Below, piece by piece: positions 31,908 to 41,053 of a DNA stretch of 64,000 bases; the first letter of the stretch is position 1, and each line of letters begins with the position of its first letter. This DNA is from Patescibacteria group bacterium. Lineage in GTDB: Bacteria > Patescibacteriota > Patescibacteriia > Patescibacteriales > UBA12075. The translations under genes and the position numbers were made by a program. Location: positions 19,182 to 83,181 of the forward strand of contig JAHILH010000004.1 of the NCBI GenBank assembly GCA_018897195.1, in the 5' to 3' direction. Below the pieces are notes generated by a model. That model did no database searches, was not told where the DNA came from, and saw only the letters and a list, made by a program, of their open reading frames with translations.

Positions 31908-33038
31908 TTAAAACGGTTTTATTATTTTAAAACTTTTATTTCTTATTTCATTTATATGAACACCGTCACAGTCCTTGTCCATGACGCATTTCTGACATCT
32001 TATGCTTTTTACAAAATATCTATTTTTTATATAAAATTCCGTAAATTCATTTATATCAAGACTCGGACTGAACTTAGCAACCCCTGTTTGCATGGTTGTC
32101 GCTCTTTGACATTTTGCCCTTGCCTTAGGCCCAAGCACCCCTATAGTTCTTAGCTTAATTAAATCCTTGCAAAAATCATTCATATAACAAATGTCGCATC
32201 TTTCTCCATGACAGCTCATCAGTCGGCCAACCTTAATATATTCTAAAAATTGTTGTCTCATGCCCAGCACATCATCATTTAGCTTATGCGGACTTTGTAT
32301 CAACCACTCATAGTTCTCCAAGTTGCGCGCCGGCCATCTATTGGTCCACAAATGCACGCCTTCTATTTTTGAGAATTCCCAGGCCTTGTCGAGATATTTC
32401 TTTGCCCCTCCATAATTAAAAAAAAGTTTTTTTCGATTGTGCCAAGCCTGACCGAATGGAACAAGATAAAGAATATCAAACTCATACACCCCCAACTTTA
32501 TAAAAAAATTCAAAGTTTGGGATAAAGTTTTATAATTCAATTTTGTTACCACGATATCAATACTAACAATCAGATTATGTGCGATAACATTCAATAATCC
32601 TTTCATGGTCTGCTCATAAACACCTTTTACGCCAATAATCTCTTCAAGGATCTGCTTGTTGTGACTATGCAGAGAAACAGTCACCTCATCTAGTCCGGCT
32701 TTTTTTAACTTCTCGGCAAAATCGTCATAAGCAAACATTCTCCCATTACTAATCATTTGTACATGGGTATAACCGATTTTTTTTGCCTGACTAATTATTT
32801 TAACCACATCCGGATGCAAGGTTGGTTCTCCCCCAGAAATTATCACCCGCTTAGCACCACCAAGAAATCCAGATTTCAATTCTTTTACAATCTCCTCATA
32901 AGCAATTGATGTTCCATCTTGGTTGCCTGTATCATGACAAAAAAGACAATTGTTATTACAAACTTTTGTCACCCTAACCCAGTGTCTTTTTTCTTCCGCC
33001 ACCAAGTCTCTTAAAATAAGATCTTCTTGTCTACTCAT
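31908..33038 (-). CDS. Radical SAM protein (HxsC-like) with extra Cys clusters
   Basis: CNNNCLFC, ISGGEPT, CHGERCDIC, CQKCVMDKDCDG. Confidence 0.9.
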   Translation of the reverse strand: MSRQEDLILRDLVAEEKRHWVRVTKVCNNNCLFCHDTGNQDGTSIAYEEIVKELKSGFLGGAKRVIISGGEPTLHPDVVKIISQAKKIGYTHVQMISNGRMFAYDDFAEKLKKAGLDEVTVSLHSHNKQILEEIIGVKGVYEQTMKGLLNVIAHNLIVSIDIVVTKLNYKTLSQTLNFFIKLGVYEFDILYLVPFGQAWHNRKKLFFNYGGAKKYLDKAWEFSKIEGVHLWTNRWPARNLENYEWLIQSPHKLNDDVLGMRQQFLEYIKVGRLMSCHGERCDICYMNDFCKDLIKLRTIGVLGPKARAKCQRATTMQTGVAKFSPSLDINEFTEFYIKNRYFVKSIRCQKCVMDKDCDGVHINEIRNKSFKIIKPF

Positions 33039-33922
33039 TTTTTTATCGGTTTAAATTCTTTCCAGCCAAATTTTTCTGGATATTCTCGCCAAGTTCCTTC
33101 ACAATATTTATAATGCTTACATTTATTACAGTTCGGCCCTTTTAATTTGCCCTCAGTAATTCGATATTTCTTATAATCTTCAATTTCCATCTGGTAATCA
33201 TAAACCATCGAATCAAACTGAATATTTTCCGCCACATATTCCTCATAACCTGTCATAAAACAAAATGGAATCGCCTCTGTCATTGCGGCAACTTTGAAAT
33301 GTTTAGCAATATCTAATCCCTTTTTTACATAAGGCATTACCAAGCTCATTCTTGGCACAACCATATCAAAATTTCGCTCCGCCGACCCCACGGCATGCAC
33401 AAAGGCAAATTGAAACTGAGCAACACCAAGACTAACTAGTAATTTAGCTATTTCCGGCAAGTGGCGGTAGTTGGACTTAACCACAACCACATTAATCATA
33501 ACCTTCTGTTTCAGCTGTACTAAATTTCTAATACCAGCCACAGTCTGATGAAAACTATCACTCCCGGTCAACCAATTATGCAACTCCGGTGTATGTCCAT
33601 GCAAAGCAAGGGCGAATTCATTAACACCAAGCGCTATCATTTTCTCACAAAATTCTGTATAGGCAAACATCCGACCATTAGTCTGCATCTGAATGATCTT
33701 ATAACCACTCTTTACAGCCAAGGCCACTAGGCCCTCGATTCCTTTTTTTATTGTCGGTTCGCCACCAGTAAAGACAACGCCATCACAGTCCTTGCTACCA
33801 GCTACAATATTCTTTTCAATCACCTCTAAAGAAATGTCGCCAAATTGTTTTTTATGTCCCTGGACACAAAAAACACAATTATTATTGCACAAAAATCCTA
33901 TTTTGATATCCGCTTTTTTCAT
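33035..33922 (-). CDS. Radical SAM protein (HxsC-like)
   Basis: CNNNCVFC, FTGGEPT, IPFC, CNKCKHYKYCEG. Confidence 0.9.
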   Translation of the reverse strand: MKKADIKIGFLCNNNCVFCVQGHKKQFGDISLEVIEKNIVAGSKDCDGVVFTGGEPTIKKGIEGLVALAVKSGYKIIQMQTNGRMFAYTEFCEKMIALGVNEFALALHGHTPELHNWLTGSDSFHQTVAGIRNLVQLKQKVMINVVVVKSNYRHLPEIAKLLVSLGVAQFQFAFVHAVGSAERNFDMVVPRMSLVMPYVKKGLDIAKHFKVAAMTEAIPFCFMTGYEEYVAENIQFDSMVYDYQMEIEDYKKYRITEGKLKGPNCNKCKHYKYCEGTWREYPEKFGWKEFKPIKK

Positions 33923-33934
33923 AATTCAATCTAT

Positions 33935-34690
33935 TTAAAAAATATCTATAAATTGTACCTCTTTTATTTTAAAAATACCAACTTTTTCCAAATATTTTTT
34001 GGGCATTTTTTCTACTTCAATATTTAAAAAATCTTTATCCCTGGCTGCCACGATGGCCTCCAATAACAAATCGGCATAAGCCGAAAAATCAACAACAAGC
34101 CAAGAGTTGTCCAATATTCGCCCCTCTGGAACTAATCCGGAAAATTTAATACCCCTTACATTGTTTTGATGCAATAACTCAACTATGTCCAACAAGTATT
34201 CGTGGTTTAATGATGTAATAACAATGTTTACGGCCAAATAATGAGTATGCTTTAAAATATTTTGAATACCTCGCATGGTCATACCATGGCTACCAATGAC
34301 ACCCGTAATTAAATCATGTTTCTCTGCTCGAAAATCATGAAAACTTGTTCTCATCATAAAGCGATTCAAATCAATGTTTTTAAAAAAATCTTGCGCATAA
34401 TTAGAGTCAGAAAATTTAACACAGTTTGTCGCCATTGTACACGAAAAACCCTCCTTCTGGGCATAAATAACAGCCTCTTTTAAATACGGAAAAACTGTTG
34501 GCTCTCCGCCAAAAAAATCAATCTTCTGATAGCCACGCGTCTTGGCAAAACTAATTTGCTCTTTTACCTCCTTATAAGAAAACAACTCCCCTTTTGCCAA
34601 ATTTTCTTTTTCCATGCAAAATAAGCAATTCAAATTACACTTATTCAAACGGATAATATAGGCCATCTCTTTTTCTTTAATAGTCTTCAT
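33935..34690 (-). CDS. Radical SAM protein, core domain only
   Basis: CNLNCLFC, FFGGEPT; no C-terminal Cys cluster. Confidence 0.88.
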   Translation of the reverse strand: MKTIKEKEMAYIIRLNKCNLNCLFCMEKENLAKGELFSYKEVKEQISFAKTRGYQKIDFFGGEPTVFPYLKEAVIYAQKEGFSCTMATNCVKFSDSNYAQDFFKNIDLNRFMMRTSFHDFRAEKHDLITGVIGSHGMTMRGIQNILKHTHYLAVNIVITSLNHEYLLDIVELLHQNNVRGIKFSGLVPEGRILDNSWLVVDFSAYADLLLEAIVAARDKDFLNIEVEKMPKKYLEKVGIFKIKEVQFIDIF

Positions 34691-35409
34691 TTTTTTACTC
34701 TTCGAGCCTTTATGATATTTAATTCATAGCCCTGTCTTGATGTCACCACCTCGCTCTTATTAATAACAATTTTTTCCTTAAAAAAGGGAGCATCAACAAC
34801 CAAGGTATGATACTCGCCCTTGTCGCCACAATAATCAATACCGTTTGTCTTACTTAAATATTCAAAAAAAACATTATCAACTTCCCTGCCAAGCCACTCT
34901 CGACCAATATATATTGGTTTAACCGCAGTAATAATAATTTTTAATCCTGAATCAATGATTGCGCGTAAAACATTTTTGGAATTTTTTTTATAATTTGGCA
35001 AAATTAATTCCATATTTAATTTCTTTGTAACATCTACCAGAAGCTTATCCTGATAATCGCCAGACAGAATATAACCAAAAACAACGCCATCAATGCCTTT
35101 CTTTTTTAAAGATGAAAAAATGGCAAAAATTTGTTTTTCAAATAACTCTTTATCAACTCTCTGATGAGCTACGCTTTTTTGCATAATTGGCAGGCCAATT
35201 GAACGCGCCTGTAATTTCACTAACTCCTTGCCATAAGCATGAAAGCTCACTCTGCCCTCATTGTTAATTAAGTTTAAAAAACCTACAACTTCAAAATTGT
35301 CATTAAGACAAGACTGATAAGCAAACAAACCATCCTTGCCGCCACTAATAACGCTTATTAATTTTTTAACAGGTTTTACTCCCTTTATGTTTTTGACATT
35401 TTTTATCAT
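34687..35409 (-). CDS. Dph6-like (diphthine-ammonia ligase family) PP-loop ATP pyrophosphatase
   Basis: ISGGKDG PP-loop, SFH, WLGRE, DYCGDKGEYHTLVVDAPFF. Confidence 0.85.
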   Translation of the reverse strand: MIKNVKNIKGVKPVKKLISVISGGKDGLFAYQSCLNDNFEVVGFLNLINNEGRVSFHAYGKELVKLQARSIGLPIMQKSVAHQRVDKELFEKQIFAIFSSLKKKGIDGVVFGYILSGDYQDKLLVDVTKKLNMELILPNYKKNSKNVLRAIIDSGLKIIITAVKPIYIGREWLGREVDNVFFEYLSKTNGIDYCGDKGEYHTLVVDAPFFKEKIVINKSEVVTSRQGYELNIIKARRVKK

Positions 35410-36502
35410 CTAACTTGTTCTTATTTTTTATTATTTTGCTTGACCCGATCATAACATCTGCTATTTTACAAAAGTTTTTAAAATATTCGAGAAAGTTTTT
35501 TCCATTATAAACTGACCAAAGGTACAGGGGTAAGGGATTAGCGCAAATATATCCGTATTCACATGTTTGACACTTATCATCAACAGCTTTAGTTAATTTC
35601 AAAAATAACAAATCAAATAATTTTTTTCTTTTTTCTAAATCAATTTTTCCGGCATCGCCAATAATAAACCCCTTACGGTCCTCTTCTTTTAGCGGAAGCA
35701 CCCATTCAAAAAAATAAAAATTTCCATCTGCTCCCAATAATATTTTTGCATAATGAGATGAGCCCCAGAGACGATTAAGTAATCGAAAGTTAATTTTATC
35801 ATTATCGTTATATTTTTTAATGACAACTCCTAGTCTTTTCTTTAATTTTCTTACATCGACCTCACTCCACAACGTAAGCATTTGCGGAAACAAGTCAATA
35901 TAAGGAAAATTATTGCTCGTCATGAAGTTGACATTCTCTTCCAAGTGACCAACTTCAGACGGAGAAATTGTTGAAATAACCCTCATTGAACATTTCCTTT
36001 TTTTATTCAAGGAAAAATTTTTAAAATTCTTCCAGGCTAAATCAAAAGAATTTACTCCATCCCCGCCCCTAGTTTTCCGATGAGCGCCGTGGCTCTTAGC
36101 ACCACCATCCAAGCTAAAATTAATTGTAAATCGTTCGTCCATTTTGCTGACGAAATCTTGCATTTTTTTGTCAAAGGCAACTCCATTGGTAGTTGCAACA
36201 ACTGAAATATTTATCCCCTTCTCCGCTGCTCGCTTAAAGATGTAATTGACTGAACTCACAAAAAGATCTGGATAAATAAAAGGCTCGCTCGTCGTAAAAG
36301 TTATTGTCTTATCATTACCTGATAATTCATAAAAAGTATCAATAGCCTTTTCAATTGTTTTATAGTCTAATACTGATTCGCTTGTTTTGTTCACGAAACA
36401 ATAATCACAATCCAAATTACATTTTTCACTAAAACAAATATCCATCTGCGAGGGATGGGAAATTTCATTATTAAAAACATTTTCTTTTTTTAAATTATTC
36501 AT
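35366..36502 (-). CDS. Radical SAM protein with C-terminal Cys cluster
   Basis: CNLDCDYC, TTNG, SLDG, CQTCEYGYIC; the GGE motif is replaced by TSE. Confidence 0.88.
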   Translation of the reverse strand: MNNLKKENVFNNEISHPSQMDICFSEKCNLDCDYCFVNKTSESVLDYKTIEKAIDTFYELSGNDKTITFTTSEPFIYPDLFVSSVNYIFKRAAEKGINISVVATTNGVAFDKKMQDFVSKMDERFTINFSLDGGAKSHGAHRKTRGGDGVNSFDLAWKNFKNFSLNKKRKCSMRVISTISPSEVGHLEENVNFMTSNNFPYIDLFPQMLTLWSEVDVRKLKKRLGVVIKKYNDNDKINFRLLNRLWGSSHYAKILLGADGNFYFFEWVLPLKEEDRKGFIIGDAGKIDLEKRKKLFDLLFLKLTKAVDDKCQTCEYGYICANPLPLYLWSVYNGKNFLEYFKNFCKIADVMIGSSKIIKNKNKLDDKKCQKHKGSKTC

Positions 36503-36509
36503 ATTTTTC

Positions 36510-37604
36510 TTAAAAACACCGCGCCTTAATAGCCGCCTGAATAGCGCTCTTGTCGTACTTATTTTTCTCTATCTTTTTTCTAAAATACTTCACCGCCTCA
36601 ATGGTGGCTAAATAATAGTATCGCCTAACTATATGCGCGTGATCATTATTAATAACTCCACCATAATATTCCCTCTCACATTTTTGACATTCTTCCCTGG
36701 TTATATCAAACGAACATTTCTCATATTTTAAAAATTTTTTCTCCTTCAGGTTAGCAATAACAAACTTTTTTTTATCATCGCGATTAAGCAAAAAGGGTGA
36801 GAAGGCCACCTCCCCACTTGGATAAACCTCTAGCGTATGCTGGAATGGACACGCAACGCCTTGTAAGCCGCCTATAAACTGTCGATCAAACTCCCAGTTA
36901 ACAGGATTGATATAAAATTTTGGCATACCGTTTGTACCAATATTCTTCAAAAATTCTTTTAACACTTTCTCATATCCCCTAATAAAATTATCCTGATATT
37001 CCTTTGTCCAGTCCTCAAATTCTTGCACTATTTCAAAGTTAATATTATCACTAACCCCAAGTGCAAGCAAGTCTGTGAAATAGTCGTATATTTTTTTACT
37101 TTGCGAAGGAATTATAACAAATGAGATACCTATATTCTGAAGAGGAATTTTTTTTCTCAATTTTAATAAATTAGCCAAGACAACGTCATAAGTACCACTA
37201 CCCCCTTTGAAAAAACGATACTGATTATGATTTTTTTTGTCACCAGCTAGGCTAACCGAAATTTTAATATCATAAGTTTTTATAAAAGCGATCAAGTCAT
37301 CATCTAAAATCGTTAGGCTGGTAGCCACGGAAATAACTAGTTTTTTCTTATTCTCTATGGCTAAATCAAAGGCATATTGCACAATATTTTTAAAAAGCGC
37401 TATTTCCAAAAAAGGCTCTCCTCCATAAATAGACAATAGCTTTTCTTCGCCCTGAGACTCAATAAGTAAATCAACCGCCGCCCTAGCCACCGACAACGGC
37501 ATAACTTCATTTGTTTTTTTAACAAAACAATAATTACAGTCAGCATTACAGCTCGTTGTTAAAGCTAATTTAATTTTACGAACATTTTTATTATTAAATT
37601 TCAT
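36510..37604 (-). CDS. Radical SAM protein with degenerate SPASM/twitch region
   Basis: CNADCNYC, YGGEP, ACPF...VYPSGEV, ECQKC. Confidence 0.88.
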   Translation of the reverse strand: MKFNNKNVRKIKLALTTSCNADCNYCFVKKTNEVMPLSVARAAVDLLIESQGEEKLLSIYGGEPFLEIALFKNIVQYAFDLAIENKKKLVISVATSLTILDDDLIAFIKTYDIKISVSLAGDKKNHNQYRFFKGGSGTYDVVLANLLKLRKKIPLQNIGISFVIIPSQSKKIYDYFTDLLALGVSDNINFEIVQEFEDWTKEYQDNFIRGYEKVLKEFLKNIGTNGMPKFYINPVNWEFDRQFIGGLQGVACPFQHTLEVYPSGEVAFSPFLLNRDDKKKFVIANLKEKKFLKYEKCSFDITREECQKCEREYYGGVINNDHAHIVRRYYYLATIEAVKYFRKKIEKNKYDKSAIQAAIKARCF

Positions 37605-37608
37605 AAAT

Positions 37609-38535
37609 CTACAACCGTATATAAAAAGTCACTACGCCATCATCTTCAATGGCCAAGATTACCAGGCGAGCATTAATGCCTCGAAAGACATCCCTAAACG
37701 TTTCCTTATTATACTCACATCTCATTATAGTCAAAATTTCTTCAATTAAATCCAAGGTTTCTTTCTTGTTTAAATATAGGTCATCTAAAAATTCCAAATA
37801 TAATTTTTTTCTACCTACGCCTAGTCCTCCTTTTTTGTATCGCTCGCTGGCAAAAAACCAATACTTATGCTCGCTTTTAAGCAATCCTATTAATTCACCA
37901 ACAATTCGCCTTTCCTCGCTATTCATCTGATGATAATTATCTTTATTTAAAAAATAATAAATCTTGTAATAGAGATCATTATTGTCAATATCAAATCCAA
38001 TATTTAAAATATTTTGAGTAATTTCAAAACTGGGATTAAACCCTAGTCGTTTAAAAAGTTTATCGATTATCTCAACAGAGTTCTTTTTTAAATTTATTTT
38101 GCCACTTCTCAAAGCTCCACCCAAGATAAGCCAAATTGCAAACTGATAATCTTCATTTTCAATATCTGCCCCAATATAAACATCCATGGGGTCATCAGAA
38201 ACGGACTTCAAGGCCTCGTGGAGTGTGTCGAGCTGAAGATTAATATTATTTTTTTGAAAAATATCAAAATAACTATCTAGTCTTTTTAAATAGGCGCCTT
38301 TATTGCGATAAGAATACGCTTTACTATCCAAATTTAAAAGACGCATTTTACTATCATCTTTTATAGCCTTGTTAAACTTAAAAGACAGTTCAAACTGAGT
38401 CAAGCCTAAACTGTCTATCGCAAAAATATCTCCAACAAAAGAGTTAAGATTGGATTTTGTTGTCTTGGAAAGTTTTAAACTTTGACAAAACAAATTTATA
38501 TTTTCTACTATCTCCCTTTGATGATCATCCAACAT
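37609..38535 (-). CDS. Hypothetical protein, possible ABBA-fold (PatF/LynF-like) peptide prenyltransferase
   Basis: 308 aa soluble protein with ordered motifs FELSFK, YIGAD, IGFD...YKIYY, KKLY, TFY; resemblance judged from memory. Confidence 0.45.
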   Translation of the reverse strand: MLDDHQREIVENINLFCQSLKLSKTTKSNLNSFVGDIFAIDSLGLTQFELSFKFNKAIKDDSKMRLLNLDSKAYSYRNKGAYLKRLDSYFDIFQKNNINLQLDTLHEALKSVSDDPMDVYIGADIENEDYQFAIWLILGGALRSGKINLKKNSVEIIDKLFKRLGFNPSFEITQNILNIGFDIDNNDLYYKIYYFLNKDNYHQMNSEERRIVGELIGLLKSEHKYWFFASERYKKGGLGVGRKKLYLEFLDDLYLNKKETLDLIEEILTIMRCEYNKETFRDVFRGINARLVILAIEDDGVVTFYIRL

Positions 38536-38549
38536 CGTTTAAAATATTA

Positions 38550-39608
38550 TCAATCCTTAGAAAAAATCGCCAAACACTCTTCGTGCATAATTTTATTATC
38601 TGAGTCTCTTTGTGGAATTTTTTCACATAACTGCTGGTCTTTTTTTTCTTTGACGGCGTCAAGGGCATATTTTTCATAACAAAAATTGTCGTGAAAAAAA
38701 TTATTTACCTCAGTCTTCAAATTATAATCATCATCCATGTTTAAGACAATACAATATTCACGCATAAATCTATCGTTAATCATGTCACAAATCCCCTTGT
38801 CAGAGGTCTTGGAGGCTTTTGATAAATAAACAGTCGACTGGCAACGCTTTTCCGCCCTCTCGGCCTCTAATTTACAGCCGATAGTACCGCCGTCGTCTTG
38901 CTTGCTCTTAATACAATCATTTGCGGCAATGCTTCTGTCAAAGACGCACATATCAGGATTTCCCGCCGCCATCGCAAAACACAATTTCTTGTCATATTGA
39001 TCGTTAACAAGATTGCAATGATCTGCCGAGCCGTCAACAAGCGCCAACACTATTAATTTAGCATCATCTGTCAAATTGCTAATAACTTTATCACTATAAT
39101 CTTTCAAAGACACCAACTTATAGTAAAATGAGTTGCAATTTTCCATTAATTCTTTTGAAAAAGAATTGCAATTATTATTATCCCTAGCAACCAACATGCG
39201 AATCATGGCATAATTATAGTACTCATCACCACTAAAATAGTCAGGTGTATTTTGAGAAAAAAAATCGGCAGCTAAGCAGATATTCAAATCGTTAAATTTC
39301 GACGACGGTTCCTTTTCTAATGTAGCCGGGTTTAAGCCATTGCCCAGGACTGATGGTTTTACAAATTTTAGAAAATCTGCATCAGTTGGATTTGGGGAAA
39401 TTACATCATCAGAAGCTGGCGCTTGGCAAGCAGCACCATTATTATTACTATCACTGCTCGGGCTCCACGGTAAGGATAAAATTAACCCAGAAAGCGCCAC
39501 ACCTGGACTAATATGATTCTTCCAGGCGTAACTAAAGACTAAAATTATAACGGAAAGATAGGTCAATGACACGACCAATAATAAATAAAAAAGAATTTTT
39601 TTGAGCAT
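38550..39608 (-). CDS. Membrane-anchored exported Cys-rich protein
   Basis: N-terminal TM; repeated helical Cys pairs (CNLVNDQYDKKLC, CDMINDRFMREYC, CEKIPQ...EEC). Confidence 0.75.
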   Translation of the reverse strand: MLKKILFYLLLVVSLTYLSVIILVFSYAWKNHISPGVALSGLILSLPWSPSSDSNNNGAACQAPASDDVISPNPTDADFLKFVKPSVLGNGLNPATLEKEPSSKFNDLNICLAADFFSQNTPDYFSGDEYYNYAMIRMLVARDNNNCNSFSKELMENCNSFYYKLVSLKDYSDKVISNLTDDAKLIVLALVDGSADHCNLVNDQYDKKLCFAMAAGNPDMCVFDRSIAANDCIKSKQDDGGTIGCKLEAERAEKRCQSTVYLSKASKTSDKGICDMINDRFMREYCIVLNMDDDYNLKTEVNNFFHDNFCYEKYALDAVKEKKDQQLCEKIPQRDSDNKIMHEECLAIFSKD

Positions 39609-39637
39609 ATTTATAATTTGTAAAAAATAACAACCTA

Positions 39638-39904
39638 CTAGCACCAACCACCTTCACTGTGTGAGCCATGAGAGGCGTGAGAGGCGTGAGAGGCGTGAGA
39701 AGCGTGAGAACAGTGCTGTGAATGAATACATAATTGTGCATTTGCGTCATGAACCTGCGCAACACCGCCGAGCATGGCGGCGACACCAATCAGGGCCAAT
39801 CCCATCTTCGCGCCATTTTTCTCCACCATTTTTCCCTCCTCGCTAAGAAGGAAGGTTTTTAACTCTTTTTTAATTTTTGGTAATTTTTGAGACTTATTTT
39901 TCAT
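39638..39904 (-). CDS. His-Xaa-Ser repeat RiPP precursor (HxsA-like)
   Basis: Leader plus hydrophobic helix, then HSQ-HCS-HAS-HAS-HAS-HAS-HGS-HSE-GGWC; lies among HxsB/HxsD-like genes. Confidence 0.9.
   Translation of the reverse strand: MKNKSQKLPKIKKELKTFLLSEEGKMVEKNGAKMGLALIGVAAMLGGVAQVHDANAQLCIHSQHCSHASHASHASHASHGSHSEGGWC
39669..39715. repeat. 9-bp tandem repeat encoding the HAS units
   Basis: (TGAGAGGCG)x3 followed by TGAGAAGCG and TGAGAACAG. Confidence 0.9.
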
Positions 39905-39943
39905 ATGTATATTTTAACACATTAAAAACTTTTAATCAACTTA

Positions 39944-41053
39944 CTAGAATCTATATGTTTTAATAAATTTAGCGTTCAATTCCAATTCTTTTTTTATAGA
40001 CAGGAATGTCTTAATGTAAATTTTTGAGATAAAACAATAATTCTCCCAGTGACTGTCGCCATCATTGTGTTGATAATAAATATAATGGCCGACGGGACAA
40101 AAACAATATTTGGCGTAATGACAGCGAGCACAGCCTAGTCCGCTATTTTTTAAAAAACCATTTCTAAGCTCTAATAACAAATCCGCTCTTTTCTCGTCAT
40201 CCAGTCCAGCCTCTGCACTGCCAACGATATATGTTGAGCGTTCAGCCTTTTTTAAAGAAAGCACCTTGTCGCATACATAAAAATCTCCATCGATATTAAG
40301 ATTTATTTTATTACATTGCCTTGCCTTATCAAGATTTACTTCATTAACAAAGCTGTCTAATAAATTGTTCTTAAAAACATCTCCCCCAACGTCAAATAAG
40401 CCAATATAATACTTTTTAAATTCCTTAAAAAAATTGACCAAGTGCCCTAAATCATCACTACTCCACGTGGCGTACAAATCCGGTAAAAAATTAATGACAG
40501 AAAACTTCTTGGCGTGTAAAAATTTTATATTCTGCATCAAAGTCTTTATGTCACGCGGTGCAAAAACCAAGGAAGAGGTTATGCCTGACTGGTAAACGTC
40601 TATACTGTTTATATTTTTAAAAATCAACTCAAAACTAGAATTAGCAGATTCTTTTAAAGGGCGATTAGCGTCGTGACAATTCTTATCTCCGTCAATGCTT
40701 ACCTGGATGTTAATTTTATTTTTTTTAAAAAACTCAATTTTATCTATATCCAAAAGCGTTCCATTGGTTGCCAATTTATAGCTAAGAGAAATTTTTTTCT
40801 CCTTAGCTTTATTTGTGGCATACTGATAGACTCTTTTTATTAATGAAAATTCTACAAGGGGCTCGCCACCCAAAAAATTAATCATTTTTTTCTGCCCCGG
40901 ACCGTCCAATAAAATATCCACCGCTTTTCTAATCAGTTCCTCATTAAGGGTAGAATCTCCGTCGTCGGATCGGTCAACAAAACAATATTTGCAATTCAAA
41001 TTGCACTTGCCGGTAAAGAACAGATTTAATACTGATGGGTTATTATTTAACAT
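39944..41053 (-). CDS. Radical SAM protein with SPASM-like domain
   Basis: CNLNCKYC, LGGEP, TNG, SIDG, DGDFYVC, CARCHYAKYCFCP; start uncertain (41053-41083). Confidence 0.9.
   Translation of the reverse strand: MLNNNPSVLNLFFTGKCNLNCKYCFVDRSDDGDSTLNEELIRKAVDILLDGPGQKKMINFLGGEPLVEFSLIKRVYQYATNKAKEKKISLSYKLATNGTLLDIDKIEFFKKNKINIQVSIDGDKNCHDANRPLKESANSSFELIFKNINSIDVYQSGITSSLVFAPRDIKTLMQNIKFLHAKKFSVINFLPDLYATWSSDDLGHLVNFFKEFKKYYIGLFDVGGDVFKNNLLDSFVNEVNLDKARQCNKINLNIDGDFYVCDKVLSLKKAERSTYIVGSAEAGLDDEKRADLLLELRNGFLKNSGLGCARCHYAKYCFCPVGHYIYYQHNDGDSHWENYCFISKIYIKTFLSIKKELELNAKFIKTYRF

Noticed and set aside
39669..39715. Tandem repeat considered as a CRISPR array
   Set aside because: The 9-bp units have no spacers, lie within a CDS, and no cas genes are present in the window.
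39532..39846. Alternative-frame ORFs over the precursor (LTPLTPLTP and RRERRERRE repeats)
   Set aside because: These are shadows of the 9-bp repeat. The HxS frame has a coherent leader and fits the HxsB/HxsD context.
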